Positions 1 through 9,115 of a stretch of 64,000 bases of DNA are shown piece after piece. Made by a program: the position numbers and the translations under genes. Position 1 is the first letter of the stretch, and each line of letters begins with the position of its first letter. The notes below the pieces were generated by a model. It was not told the origin of the DNA. It saw nothing but the letters and a program-made list of their open reading frames with translations, and ran no database searches. Source of the stretch: Gemmatimonadota bacterium (GTDB lineage Bacteria > Gemmatimonadota > Gemmatimonadetes > Gemmatimonadales > GWC2-71-9); assembly GCA_046726475.1 (NCBI GenBank), contig JBKPAO010000060.1, positions 1,664 through 65,663 of the forward strand, in the 5' to 3' direction.

Positions 1-597
1 TGGAGGATCGTGGTGCACCTCAGGATCCTCCCAGCCGTCGCCCAGATCGGACTGATAGGAGTAGTACACAGCGAGGCGTCCATCGAGGAAGATTCCGAAC
101 CCCTGGGCCGGCTTACCATCGTGGACATGGATCTTTGGAATGCCTCGGGGGAAGTCGTAGATCAGATGATAAATCGGGTGATCCAGCGGTACCTCGACCA
201 GCGGGTGGTCGGGGAATAGGCGCCCCAGCTCCCGGCGGATCGATGCATCCATGCCGTAGTTGTCGTCGGCGTGGAGAAACCCACCCTGCAGCAGGTAGCG
301 CCGCAGCGTGGCCAGATCCTGGTCGCTCCAATGGACGTTCCCGTGCCCCGTCATGTAAATGTACGGGATATTCCAGAGGTCATCGTCACTCAGGGTGACG
401 ACCTTCTCCACGGTCGCGACACGGAGGGCGGTCCGGCTCCGGAGTGCGGCGAGCAGGTTGGGAAGACTCGACGGATTGGCGTACCAGTCCCCGCCGCCGT
501 CATAGTGCAGCCTCCCGATGGTCAAGGAGGGGGCCGGCTCTCGCGAAGGAGCGGGCGAAGCGAGTGCCAGCTGGAGCAGGATGAGGGAACGCCACAT
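1..597 (-). CDS. DUF4159 domain-containing protein (partial; C-terminus lies beyond the window edge)
   Basis: The minus-strand frame is open from ATG 597-595 to position 1. It is absent from the ORF track because no stop lies in the window. The translation MWRSLILLQLALASPAPS...GRLHYDGGGDWYANPSSLPNLL...IPYIYMTGHGNVHWSDQDLATLRRYLLQGGFLHADDNYGMD...GIPKIHVHDGKPAQGFGIF shows a signal peptide plus the blocks I associate with DUF4159. There is an ATGA start/stop overlap with rsmI. Confidence 0.7.
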   Translation of the reverse strand, partial: MWRSLILLQLALASPAPSREPAPSLTIGRLHYDGGGDWYANPSSLPNLLAALRSRTALRVATVEKVVTLSDDDLWNIPYIYMTGHGNVHWSDQDLATLRRYLLQGGFLHADDNYGMDASIRRELGRLFPDHPLVEVPLDHPIYHLIYDFPRGIPKIHVHDGKPAQGFGIFLDGRLAVYYSYQSDLGDGWEDPEVHHDPP

Positions 598-1439
598 CAG
601 GGGAGCTCCATAACCAGTCGATACGCGTCGTTGCGCGGGATCCCCAGCGATTCGGTGAGTCGCCGAACAACCTCACGGCGGGTGAGTCCCTCCGCCAACA
701 ACGAGGTCGCTTGCTCCACCGCATCCTCGGTGCGGTCGGGCTCGGGGACCGGCGCACCGGTGCCCTGAAGGATCACGGTCAGCTCGCCCTTCGGCGACGT
801 TGCGGCATAGTACTCAACCAGCTCCTCCAACGTCCCGCCTCGAATCTCCTCATGTAGCTTGGTCAGCTCGCGCGCTACGACCGCCGGCCGATCCGGTCCG
901 ATCAGGGCAATTAAGTCCTCTAGGAGAGCGACCAGCCTGGGAGGGGCCTCGAAGAAGACGGTGCTCCACTCCTCCGCTGCCGCCCGGGTCAGCAGCCGCG
1001 TTCTCTCCCGGCCTTTGCGGGGAATGAAACCCAAGAAAAGGTAGCGATCAGCGCTGAAGCCGGAGGCCGAGAGCGCCACCGCGACCGCCGACGCTCCGGG
1101 GATCGGGACCACCGAACAGCCGGCAGCGCGGGCCTGAGCTACCAGATCCGCGCCAGGATCGCTGACTGTAGGCGTTCCTGCGTCCGAGACCAAGGCAACG
1201 TCACGGCCGGATCGGAGGATCTCGAGAAAACGGTCGGTGCGGTGACTACTGGAATGGGCGTGGAAGCTGCGCAGAGTCGGGCTGGCCCCGAGGTGGCTCA
1301 AGAGTCCCCGGGTTCTCCGAGTGTCCTCCGCGGCGACCACGGGAACCTGCCGGAGCAGCTCGGCAGCTCGATGGGACAAGTCGCCCAAGTTGCCGAGAGG
1401 AGTTGCCACGATGTAGAGCGTGCCAGGGCGCATCGTCAC
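597..1439 (-). CDS. rsmI: 16S rRNA (cytidine1402-2'-O)-methyltransferase RsmI
   Basis: The 280-aa ORF has the N-terminus GTLYIVATPLGNLGDLSHRAAELL...VAAEDTRRT and a tetrapyrrole-methylase fold pattern typical of RsmI. The start is GTG. Confidence 0.88.
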   Translation of the reverse strand: MTMRPGTLYIVATPLGNLGDLSHRAAELLRQVPVVAAEDTRRTRGLLSHLGASPTLRSFHAHSSSHRTDRFLEILRSGRDVALVSDAGTPTVSDPGADLVAQARAAGCSVVPIPGASAVAVALSASGFSADRYLFLGFIPRKGRERTRLLTRAAAEEWSTVFFEAPPRLVALLEDLIALIGPDRPAVVARELTKLHEEIRGGTLEELVEYYAATSPKGELTVILQGTGAPVPEPDRTEDAVEQATSLLAEGLTRREVVRRLTESLGIPRNDAYRLVMELP

Positions 1440-1449
1440 TGGAGCCGGA

Positions 1450-1492
1450 AAGACAAAAAGGACGGATAGGTTAATGATAACCTCCGTCCTTT
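1450..1492 (-). terminator. Rho-independent terminator downstream of trxA
   Basis: The hairpin AAAGGACGGATAGGTTA / TAACCTCCGTCCTTT (1457-1492, 4-nt loop) is followed on the minus strand by a T-run (plus-strand A-run 1455-1459). It lies 24 nt after the trxA stop. Confidence 0.6.
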
Positions 1493-1515
1493 CCGTGTTC
1501 TCCGAAACGTCCTTC

Positions 1516-1854
1516 TTAGGTTAGGTGCTGCTTGATCTTTCCTTCCAAGGTCGCCTTCGGAACAGCCCCCACCACTGTATCCACGTGTTGGCCGTCCTTA
1601 AAGAAGAGGATGCTCGGAATCGAGCGAACGTTGAACCGCATGGCGGTGCGCTGGTTCGCGTCGACATCGACCTTAGCTACTTTGGCCTTGCCCGCATACT
1701 CCCCGGCAAGCTGATCCAGAATCGGCGCTACGATCTGGCATGGTCCGCACCAGGCGGCCCAGAAGTCGACCAGCACGAGACCGCCGGCCTGCTCGATCTC
1801 CATGGCAAAGGATGCATCGCTGACGTGCACAGCCGGGGTATTCGGTGCCCCCAT
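1516..1854 (-). CDS. trxA: thioredoxin
   Basis: The WCGPC active site sits in ...LVDFWAAWCGPCQIVAPILDQLA.... The internal ATG at 1854 gives a typical 112-aa thioredoxin. The longer ORF-track N-terminus (to 2040) looks non-coding. Confidence 0.9.
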   Translation of the reverse strand: MGAPNTPAVHVSDASFAMEIEQAGGLVLVDFWAAWCGPCQIVAPILDQLAGEYAGKAKVAKVDVDANQRTAMRFNVRSIPSILFFKDGQHVDTVVGAVPKATLEGKIKQHLT

Positions 1855-1941
1855 CTTGTTATTCTCCTGTATTCTGTTTGCCCGCAATGCCACGCTCATC
1901 CAGGCGAACCAGCGGGTACTTATTTGCTCTGGGAGGAATCG

Positions 1942-2337
1942 GTGACTGATCGCCCCCGCATCGCCCATGTCGGTATTGCCGTTCCAGATCTCGAGACGGC
2001 AGTCGCCTTCTACCGCGACGTCCTGGGAGTGGAGCCGCAACCACCCGAGGTGGTGGACGGAGCCACTATCCTCGGCCTTCCGTTCGGCGACTCAGCTGTC
2101 GAGCTACTGGCCCCTACCGACCCAGACGGTCCCATCGGGAAATTCCTGGCCCGCCGGGGACCTGGGATCCATCATATCTGCTACCGGGTTCCCGATCTCG
2201 CCGCCGCGATTCAGGCGTGCCGAGACGCCGGCTATCGCCTGATCGACGAGGTCCCCCGCCGGGGGGCAGCCGGGCACAAGATCGCCTTTGTGCATCCCAA
2301 ATCGACAGCTGGAATTCTGCTCGAGCTGACGGAGTAG
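1942..2337 (+). CDS. mce: methylmalonyl-CoA epimerase (VOC/glyoxalase-fold)
   Basis: IAHVGIAVPDLETAVAFYRDVLG...GPGIHHICYRVPDL...AFVHPKSTAGILLELTE matches the epimerase pattern. GTG 1942 is preceded by GGGAGGA (1931-1937). The upstream part of ORF 1525..2337 is antisense to trxA. Confidence 0.75.
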   Translation: MTDRPRIAHVGIAVPDLETAVAFYRDVLGVEPQPPEVVDGATILGLPFGDSAVELLAPTDPDGPIGKFLARRGPGIHHICYRVPDLAAAIQACRDAGYRLIDEVPRRGAAGHKIAFVHPKSTAGILLELTE

Positions 2338-2366
2338 AACATAACAGGAGCCCGAAAAAGTTCCCG

Positions 2367-2831
2367 CTATCTCGACTTGGTGCTATCCGCCATCGCATTC
2401 TCGTCGCAGGGACGCGCCGGATTCCCCGCCTGGGTGAGATCCACCTGATTGACGAGCCAGGAGCCATCGCCAGTCTTGACGGCCACGAACGGGACGCTCC
2501 AAGTGCAAGTTTGCCGCTTTATTTGAACCTGAAGGACCCTACGCGCGTCGGTTTCGCCCACATCGGAGGTCAGACGATACGAGTCGGACTTGAGATAGGC
2601 CTGCATGATGGCGACGCGCCGCTCCCAGTCCGCCGGTTGTCCGGTCTTGGCTGCAGGACCATTCGTGGTTCCCCAAAGCCCGGCCATCTTGCTGACGTTG
2701 CTGTCCGTCACTGCCTGCATGAAGCCTTGAACCGCGGCCGCGGCCGACTTGGCCGGCTGCACCGTGCTGGTCTGGCTACCACCGCAGGCAGCGAGGAGAA
2801 CCGCTGTCGCACAGCATCCAAGCTTGGTCAC
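2367..2831 (-). CDS. hypothetical lipoprotein
   Basis: The N-terminus MTKLGCCATAVLLAACGG has a signal peptide with a lipobox. No family was recognised. Confidence 0.55.
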   Translation of the reverse strand: MTKLGCCATAVLLAACGGSQTSTVQPAKSAAAAVQGFMQAVTDSNVSKMAGLWGTTNGPAAKTGQPADWERRVAIMQAYLKSDSYRLTSDVGETDARRVLQVQIKRQTCTWSVPFVAVKTGDGSWLVNQVDLTQAGNPARPCDENAMADSTKSR

Positions 2832-2890
2832 AAGTCACTCACTGATCGAAGGTTAGCGTGCGAAGTTAAACCCCAGTGGAGCGGCAATCA

Positions 2891-3664
2891 ATGAGGCCGA
2901 TGCGGCTATACGTCAACATCGACCATGTTGCGACCCTGCGTGAGGCCCGGAAGACCGACGAGCCCGACCCGGTCGCCGCCGCCTTGATCTGCCAGGGGGC
3001 TGGTGCGGATGGCATCACGGCGCACCTGCGGGAAGACCGTCGGCACATCCAGGACCACGACGTGAAACGGCTGATGGTTGCCGTGCGGGTCTTCAATCTC
3101 GAGCTCGCCACCAGCCCCGACATTATCGAACTGGCCTGCCGGCTCCGGCCCTATCAAGCAACCCTGGTTCCTGAGCGTCGGGAGGAAGTTACCACCGAAG
3201 GTGGGCTGGACCTGCATCACCCCACCGCCCGGCTACGTGAGACCATTGCCCGGCTGCAGGACGCTAGTGTACGAGTCAGCCTCTTTGTTGATCCAGAGCC
3301 CGCGACGATTGACACTGCCAAGAGTCTCGGCGTCCCCGCAATCGAGCTGCACACCGGCCGTTATGCGCACACCTGGCGGGCGAATGATCGCGCGCTCAAC
3401 GACCTGAGGGAGGCGGCTCGTCGCGCTGCTGATATCGGCCTGGCCGTGCACGCCGGCCATGGGTTGACCACCAGCAATGTTGCGCCAGTCGCGGCGATCC
3501 CGGAGATCGAGGAGCTCAACATCGGGCACAGCATCGTGAGTAGGGCGGTCATGGTCGGCATGCAACAGGCGGTCGTGGAGATACTGCGAGCCATGGGCAC
3601 AGCACCCGGTGGCGGCAGCCAACTGGACGCATTGGCGGTTGATAGGTCGCTCTCTGCCTCATAG
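2891..3664 (+). CDS. pdxJ: pyridoxine 5'-phosphate synthase
   Basis: LYVNIDHVATLREARKTDEPDPV...GITAHLREDRRHI...HAGHGL are PdxJ hallmarks. ATG 2891 lies 9 nt after GGAG. The ORF track's alternative start is GTG 2876. Confidence 0.88.
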   Translation: MRPMRLYVNIDHVATLREARKTDEPDPVAAALICQGAGADGITAHLREDRRHIQDHDVKRLMVAVRVFNLELATSPDIIELACRLRPYQATLVPERREEVTTEGGLDLHHPTARLRETIARLQDASVRVSLFVDPEPATIDTAKSLGVPAIELHTGRYAHTWRANDRALNDLREAARRAADIGLAVHAGHGLTTSNVAPVAAIPEIEELNIGHSIVSRAVMVGMQQAVVEILRAMGTAPGGGSQLDALAVDRSLSAS

Positions 3665-3717
3665 CTTCCAGCCCGACATGCTGGCCGACGAGCTCCGGCT
3701 CCTAGCTCCGACTTCGA

Positions 3718-5415
3718 ATGAACAAGCCGCTCGGCACCGCTGATTTCTTTGCACTCGAAGCCGGTGAGTGCCTGGACCGCCTGGAACAGTTGGTGGCCGG
3801 CACAGCACCCCCTGCGCCGGACGAGTTTCTCCGCATGGCGCGGGTTCTTCGTGGGGCAGCGCTGATGGCAGGCCAAGGCCCCATTGCCAAGGCGGCGGCC
3901 AGCCTCGAAGCGTTGGCGCGGACGCAGCGGGACCATACCAGGAACTGGGATGCCGCAACCCGGGAACAGGTCAGTCAGGCCATCGAGGAGTTTCGGCTCC
4001 TGATCCGTCGGTCCCGCGAGTGGAGCGATGGGGACACTGAGCGCGCCGCCCGTTTGAGCCGAGGACTGGACAACCTTGCCGGACAGCTGGGGGCGCTCGA
4101 GGGGAACAGTTCTCCAAGTTCGACGGATCGGAAGGAGCTGCACACCGGCGTCCGCGCGTTTGTTGCTCGCGAAGGTGCCCTGATCGCGAGCGCGTTGGAT
4201 CGCGCAGCCCGAAGCCTTCGTGCCGCCCCCGGAGATCGGGAGCCGCTCTACAATGTGATCCGCCGAATGCAATCTCTCCGCGGACTTGCCGAGCTGGGCG
4301 AGCTCGCACCGCTTCCGGATATTTTGGATGGCATTGAGCTCGCGGTCGGCGATCTGACTCGGCTCTTTGCTCCGCCTCCGGGCGTCGACGAGGTAATGGA
4401 CGCCGCCGCCCAGGCGTTGACCAGGATCTCCAGGGATGTAGCGGATCGCGGACGCCCCGACCCCGATGGTCAGGAGGCGCGCCGCTTTACCGAACTGCTC
4501 CTGCGCGCGTTTGCGGTCGAACGGGACGTAGTCGCGATCGACACTCTCTACTATGCCGACGACCCGCAGCCGTTTTCTCACCCGGCGGCCCAACCCCACT
4601 TCACCTCTCCCGAGCCGATGGGGCCTTTGGAACTGGTCAGCCACGGTGAGCATCTCTGCCAGAGCGCAGATCTCATTCAAGGCGCCAGCTCCGCTATCCA
4701 GCGCGATCTCCGGCTGTACCGTCTCCTGGGTGCGCTGCGGTCGGCCACTGCACCCAGTGCCGATCCAGTGGCCGGTGCGCTCCGCATCTTCGCGCGTTCG
4801 ACTCAGGAGGCGTTGGCCGCCGGAGTAGCGACCCGTTCCGTCGATGATCTCGTAAGGCGGATGCGCGAGGCAGGTGAGCTGCTGCGCGCGGTGGTGGAGA
4901 GCGATGATCGCATGCTCATCTCCCGCCGCCTACTGGATGTGGCGCATCGCCTCGACGGCCTCCGGGTGGCAGCGGAATCGGAATCGGTCGTTCCGATCGA
5001 GTCGCTGATCTACGAGCCCGTGCCAGACGTGGTGCCAATCGAGAGTCTGGCACCGAGCCCTGAGCTATCGGCTGCAATGCCGTCCGCCGGAGGGATCCCC
5101 GACAGTCCTACCGGGCTCGAAATCAGCTTTGGAACGCTGAATCGATTGGTTCTGGAGCACGCGGCACCTACCGCGTCATTCACCGCCCTGCTGGTCGGAT
5201 CGGCAACGCCGTCGAAGCCGGAGACCATCGTCCCCGAGGATGCGCCGGTGCCGATCGGAACCTTGTGTTATCGGGGCCACGCTGCTCTCGAGCGCGCCAA
5301 CGCAGTTCGCCAGCAGATCGCGGCCGAGCTGGGCCGGGATGCTACGCTGCAGTCCCTCCAGCCACTGTTGCAAGAGCTCCTCGACCTGGTTCCGCTGGCG
5401 CTTGCCGAATCCTGA
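3718..5415 (+). CDS. hypothetical Ala/Leu/Arg-rich protein (possible degenerate HPt-like helical repeats)
   Basis: The 565-aa ORF has coding-like third-position GC. The antisense ORF 3361..4680 is judged a shadow. Segments such as LRMARVLRGAALMAGQGPIAKAAASLEAL resemble HPt helices but lack the phospho-His. Confidence 0.6.
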   Translation: MNKPLGTADFFALEAGECLDRLEQLVAGTAPPAPDEFLRMARVLRGAALMAGQGPIAKAAASLEALARTQRDHTRNWDAATREQVSQAIEEFRLLIRRSREWSDGDTERAARLSRGLDNLAGQLGALEGNSSPSSTDRKELHTGVRAFVAREGALIASALDRAARSLRAAPGDREPLYNVIRRMQSLRGLAELGELAPLPDILDGIELAVGDLTRLFAPPPGVDEVMDAAAQALTRISRDVADRGRPDPDGQEARRFTELLLRAFAVERDVVAIDTLYYADDPQPFSHPAAQPHFTSPEPMGPLELVSHGEHLCQSADLIQGASSAIQRDLRLYRLLGALRSATAPSADPVAGALRIFARSTQEALAAGVATRSVDDLVRRMREAGELLRAVVESDDRMLISRRLLDVAHRLDGLRVAAESESVVPIESLIYEPVPDVVPIESLAPSPELSAAMPSAGGIPDSPTGLEISFGTLNRLVLEHAAPTASFTALLVGSATPSKPETIVPEDAPVPIGTLCYRGHAALERANAVRQQIAAELGRDATLQSLQPLLQELLDLVPLALAES

Positions 5416-6430
5416 GCGGAGCGCGCGAGTTCGGGCTCGTCGTGCGCTCCCCGCGGTGCTTGGCGTCGCCGTTTCAGTCGGTCTTCTTGCCTGGGCGGTA
5501 CGGGGAGTCAGTCTTCAGGACATCTGGCAGAAGATCCGCGCGGCTCATCCCGCACCGCTTACCCTTGCCGCCATCATCGCGACCCTGACGTTTCCTCTTC
5601 GGCTGATCCGTTGGCGACTGCTGCTGCCGGACCGACATGGACGACCCTACCCAGCCGGCGCTCTCTGGCACGCGATTGCTTTGGGATTCATGGCCAACAA
5701 CATTCTCCCCCTCCGGGCGGGCGAGCTGGTTCGTTCCTACGCTGCATCGCGATTGGCTCAGATCCGTTTCACTACCGTGCTCTCGTCGATTGCGGTCGAG
5801 CGCATCTTCGACGGCCTCACGGTGGTTGCGCTGCTTTCTGCCGCGCTGCTGTACGCCGACCTTCCGCCGGATCTGACGATCGCAGGCGCCTCGGTGGCTC
5901 GCCTGACGAAAATCGCGGGCCTCGCGGGCTGCGTTGCTCTCCTCGCGAGTGTTCTCGTGCTCGCCGCTCCGATCCAGGCAGAACGGTTAGTGCGGCGGCT
6001 CATACCGCGGGCTCATGTCGCGGATAGGATCGTCAGCCTGATCGAGGGAATACGGCAGGGTCTGGTGGTGCTGCGATCACCGGGACGACTGATTAGGGTG
6101 GTGTTTTGGTCGTTCGTTTTGTGGAACCTCAATGCCCTGGCGTTCTTGGTCGCCTTCAGCGCATTTGATATCGCGGTGAGCTACTGGGGAGCTCTCCTGA
6201 TGCAGGGGCTGCTGGTGCTGGGCATCTCGATCCCATCAACGCCGGGCTTTTTCGGGCCGTTCGAGGCGGTCATCGTGGCGGTGCTGGCACTCTATCGGGT
6301 TCCCAACGACTTGGCATTTTCCTATGCCATCTCCTATCACCTGACTTCGTTCGTTCCCATTACGCTGCTCGGTCTCTGGTCGCTGATCCGCACTCCGGTC
6401 GGCCTTCGGCCAGGCAACGAGGAGCCATGA
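5402..6430 (+). CDS. lysylphosphatidylglycerol synthase TM-region / flippase-like (UPF0104) membrane protein
   Basis: This is a multi-TM protein with ...TFPLRLIRWRLLL...FMANNILPLRAGELVRSY.... The start is uncertain. TTG 5402 gives a basic N-terminus before TM1, and the alternatives are ATG 5339 and GTG 5456. There is an ATGA overlap with ispE. Confidence 0.65.
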   Translation: MPNPERSARVRARRALPAVLGVAVSVGLLAWAVRGVSLQDIWQKIRAAHPAPLTLAAIIATLTFPLRLIRWRLLLPDRHGRPYPAGALWHAIALGFMANNILPLRAGELVRSYAASRLAQIRFTTVLSSIAVERIFDGLTVVALLSAALLYADLPPDLTIAGASVARLTKIAGLAGCVALLASVLVLAAPIQAERLVRRLIPRAHVADRIVSLIEGIRQGLVVLRSPGRLIRVVFWSFVLWNLNALAFLVAFSAFDIAVSYWGALLMQGLLVLGISIPSTPGFFGPFEAVIVAVLALYRVPNDLAFSYAISYHLTSFVPITLLGLWSLIRTPVGLRPGNEEP

Positions 6431-7320
6431 CCACCGCGGTGACCCTGCCTGCGCTGGCCAAGATCAATCTCTTCCTCCGAGTTTTTTCCCGGGACGACGA
6501 GGGATACCATGGGCTCGAGACGCTCCTATGCCTGATCGGCCTCGGGGATATCCTCACCGCCGCGCGGCGCGAAGGGAATGGGGTAACCATCGAGGTTGTC
6601 GGACCGGATGTTGGGCCGGACGAAGAGAACCTCGCGGTCCGGGCAGCAACCCGGGTTCTCCAGGCAACGGGTAACCACTTCGCGGTGCATCTCAGAGTAG
6701 AGAAGCGCATTGCCGTTCGGGCCGGGCTGGGTGGAGGATCCAGCGATGCTGCGGCGGCGCTGCATGCGGTGAATAGCCTCGCTGGAAACGTTGTTCCCCG
6801 GCACGAGCTCCTCCAGTTCGCGGCCCAACTGGGAAGCGATGTCCCATTCTTCATGACCGGAGCGCCATTGGCACTTGCCTGGAATCGCGGTGAGCGCATG
6901 ATTCGTCTCCCGCCACTCCCCCCATCGCCTGCCCTGCTGGTTATTCCCGATGTTCCGATCGCGACTCCGGAGGCGTTCAGCTGGATAGATCAGTCCAGGA
7001 CATCAGGAACCCGACGGGGAGCCGTGGCGCTCGACCTGGCTGCCCTGTCACAGTGGGGAGACATCGGCCGGATGGCGGGCAACGATTTCGAGTCGGCGGT
7101 CTTCGGGCGGCACAGCCAGATCCGTGCAGCGTTTGAGGCGCTGGCTGCGACCAAACCACTGGTCTGCCGCATGTCCGGCTCGGGATCCACTCTCTTCGGG
7201 ATCTATCGCTCGGCACGCGACCGGGAGGACGCGCTCATGATGCTGGGCCGAAAGCATGGGACGCTGGTGCCGGTCGAGACGATGGCGACGCCCGCACCTG
7301 GACCGATCCCAGCTACTTGA
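6427..7320 (+). CDS. ispE: 4-(cytidine 5'-diphospho)-2-C-methyl-D-erythritol kinase
   Basis: PALAKINLFLRV...DEGYHGLETL...GLGGGSSDAAAAL is the GHMP-kinase motif. Confidence 0.9.
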   Translation: MTTAVTLPALAKINLFLRVFSRDDEGYHGLETLLCLIGLGDILTAARREGNGVTIEVVGPDVGPDEENLAVRAATRVLQATGNHFAVHLRVEKRIAVRAGLGGGSSDAAAALHAVNSLAGNVVPRHELLQFAAQLGSDVPFFMTGAPLALAWNRGERMIRLPPLPPSPALLVIPDVPIATPEAFSWIDQSRTSGTRRGAVALDLAALSQWGDIGRMAGNDFESAVFGRHSQIRAAFEALAATKPLVCRMSGSGSTLFGIYRSARDREDALMMLGRKHGTLVPVETMATPAPGPIPAT

Positions 7321-9055
7321 TCCGAACGATCTTGGCGATTGAGGGTACTCCAGTGCCGCTCAGGATAAACAGCAGGTAATGCCCCGGAGGGGAGAGATTG
7401 GGGTTCGATGGCGCGACGACGTTCAGCCCGCCGGTCACCTTGGTGAAGGAAAGCTCCTGAAATCGCTGGTTCATGTCGAAGGCATGGGTCACTGAGCCGA
7501 GACGAATCCAAGTCACCCGGGCAATGCTGGAGGGCGTCGGGGTACCCACCAGGAACTTTTCCCCGTAATTCACCGTGGAGGGACCGCTCGAGATTTTGGG
7601 TCTGGTACCTCTGAAGAGATAAGGTGGCGAGAAAATCTCTCCGTTTCGGTGATCGATCGCGCCGCTCGCATCGCCGCTGCCGGTGTGCAGTACCCGCCCG
7701 TCGCGTAGCAGCAATGAGGTGGAGTGATACACTCGGCTTACCGAACTGCTGGCCATTGGCGTCCATTTGCCGGTGCCGGGATCCCAGAGTTCGGCGACGT
7801 GCACTGCGCTGCCCTCGTCACTGAAGCTGGTCCCGCTGGTTCCACCGGTCACCAGCACCTGCCCATCGGCCAGAATGGTTGCATTCAGATGCCGCCGTTT
7901 ATACGCCATCGATCCGGTCCATTCCCAGGTAGGCGCTGGTCGATTGAGATCGATGATCTCGGCGGTGTTGGTGGTTCGTCCGCCACCGACGTACAGAATC
8001 TTTCCTGGCTGGTACATGACGGCGGATCCGTAGTCGCGGCTGCCATACCTCCGATCTCCGACAACACTCCAGGCACCGGCGCCGGCGGTCGAGAGATACG
8101 CGGTCTCGCGATTTTCTCCCGCGTAGAACACTCTGCCATCGGGGCTGAGGAAAGTGCGGGGATAATAGGGGAACAACCGTCCGGCTGAGGTCAGAGACCG
8201 CCAGCCCGAGCCGGTCCAGACTTCGGGAACTTTCACGAAAACCGCGTTTTGGTCCGCGCCGGAGATAGTAACCGCTTGACCGTTGCCCAGGATCGTGGTC
8301 GTCGGATACCAGCGACCTCGCGCCATGGCCGGCCGGGCAGACCAGGTCATAGTCGCTGGATCGAACAGACGGGCATCCGGCAGGCCATGGTTGTCACTGA
8401 TGTGGCCCCCGTTCACGAGCAGTCGACCGTCGGAGAGAAAAGCGTGGCCGCTGCAGAAGAGATTGGAACTGGTGGGTACGGCCGTGAAGGTCTTGGTGGA
8501 CGGGTCCCACACGTAAGGGTCGCCGAATTTTCCCCAGGCCAACACCTTTCCATTCCGAAGGAGGTGAACGTGGAGTGCTACAATGGGCCAACTGAACGGA
8601 GCGGCCCACTTTCCCACCGTGGCCTCGTTCCCAGCCAGCGTTACGGATGCTTCGATGGCCGGAGCTCCACATGCCGAGCCCTCGTTGATCCGCCGGGCTA
8701 CTCTCACATCATCGTCGTAGAGCTCGACGACACCCGGGGTCTTCGTCTCCAATTCCGTCTCACTGTACCCCGGATCCCCTCCAGGACCCTCCGGTAGCAT
8801 CAGGGAACCACTCTCGTTCGTGCCCCCTACGCGATAGACCACCTGCACCGGGGTGTGGGTAGCGTTGGTCACGAGGAACTTGTTCCCACACACATAGACC
8901 AGATCCACCGGTCCCGGCTGGCTCGTGCCTGGCGTCCCACCGGGAGCATCCGGTCGGGACGGCGGAGATTGTCCGCTGTCCTGGCAGCTGGGAAGTGTGA
9001 GAATGCTTAGGCCAAGCCAAACCACTGCGCGCAATCTCCTCGCGCCTATGTTCAT
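7313..9055 (-). CDS. galactose oxidase/glyoxal oxidase-like kelch beta-propeller lipoprotein with C-terminal DUF1929
   Basis: There is a signal peptide with lipobox (LTLPSC) and repeated kelch-like blades. The C-terminus ...YHSTSLLLRDGRVLHTGSG...ARVTWIRLGSVTHAFDMNQRFQELSF...PGHYLLFIL is typical of the DUF1929 domain. Confidence 0.78.
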   Translation of the reverse strand: MNIGARRLRAVVWLGLSILTLPSCQDSGQSPPSRPDAPGGTPGTSQPGPVDLVYVCGNKFLVTNATHTPVQVVYRVGGTNESGSLMLPEGPGGDPGYSETELETKTPGVVELYDDDVRVARRINEGSACGAPAIEASVTLAGNEATVGKWAAPFSWPIVALHVHLLRNGKVLAWGKFGDPYVWDPSTKTFTAVPTSSNLFCSGHAFLSDGRLLVNGGHISDNHGLPDARLFDPATMTWSARPAMARGRWYPTTTILGNGQAVTISGADQNAVFVKVPEVWTGSGWRSLTSAGRLFPYYPRTFLSPDGRVFYAGENRETAYLSTAGAGAWSVVGDRRYGSRDYGSAVMYQPGKILYVGGGRTTNTAEIIDLNRPAPTWEWTGSMAYKRRHLNATILADGQVLVTGGTSGTSFSDEGSAVHVAELWDPGTGKWTPMASSSVSRVYHSTSLLLRDGRVLHTGSGDASGAIDHRNGEIFSPPYLFRGTRPKISSGPSTVNYGEKFLVGTPTPSSIARVTWIRLGSVTHAFDMNQRFQELSFTKVTGGLNVVAPSNPNLSPPGHYLLFILSGTGVPSIAKIVRIK

Positions 9056-9115
9056 CGAAAGCCTCGGGCCAGTGATGAAGAAGAATTATCCCAGCAGTAT
9101 GATGCGGGCGACGGG

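Noticed and set aside
3361-4680. Long ORFs antisense to confidently assigned genes. Examples are 3361..4680(-), 18305..19333(-), 22794..23864(-), 28583..29470(-), 32273..33169(-), 51385..52368(+), 54147..55208(+) and 17263..18204(-).
   Set aside because: They are typical high-GC shadow frames. They are Arg/Gly/Pro-rich with no recognisable motifs, and each lies opposite a gene with clear family signatures.
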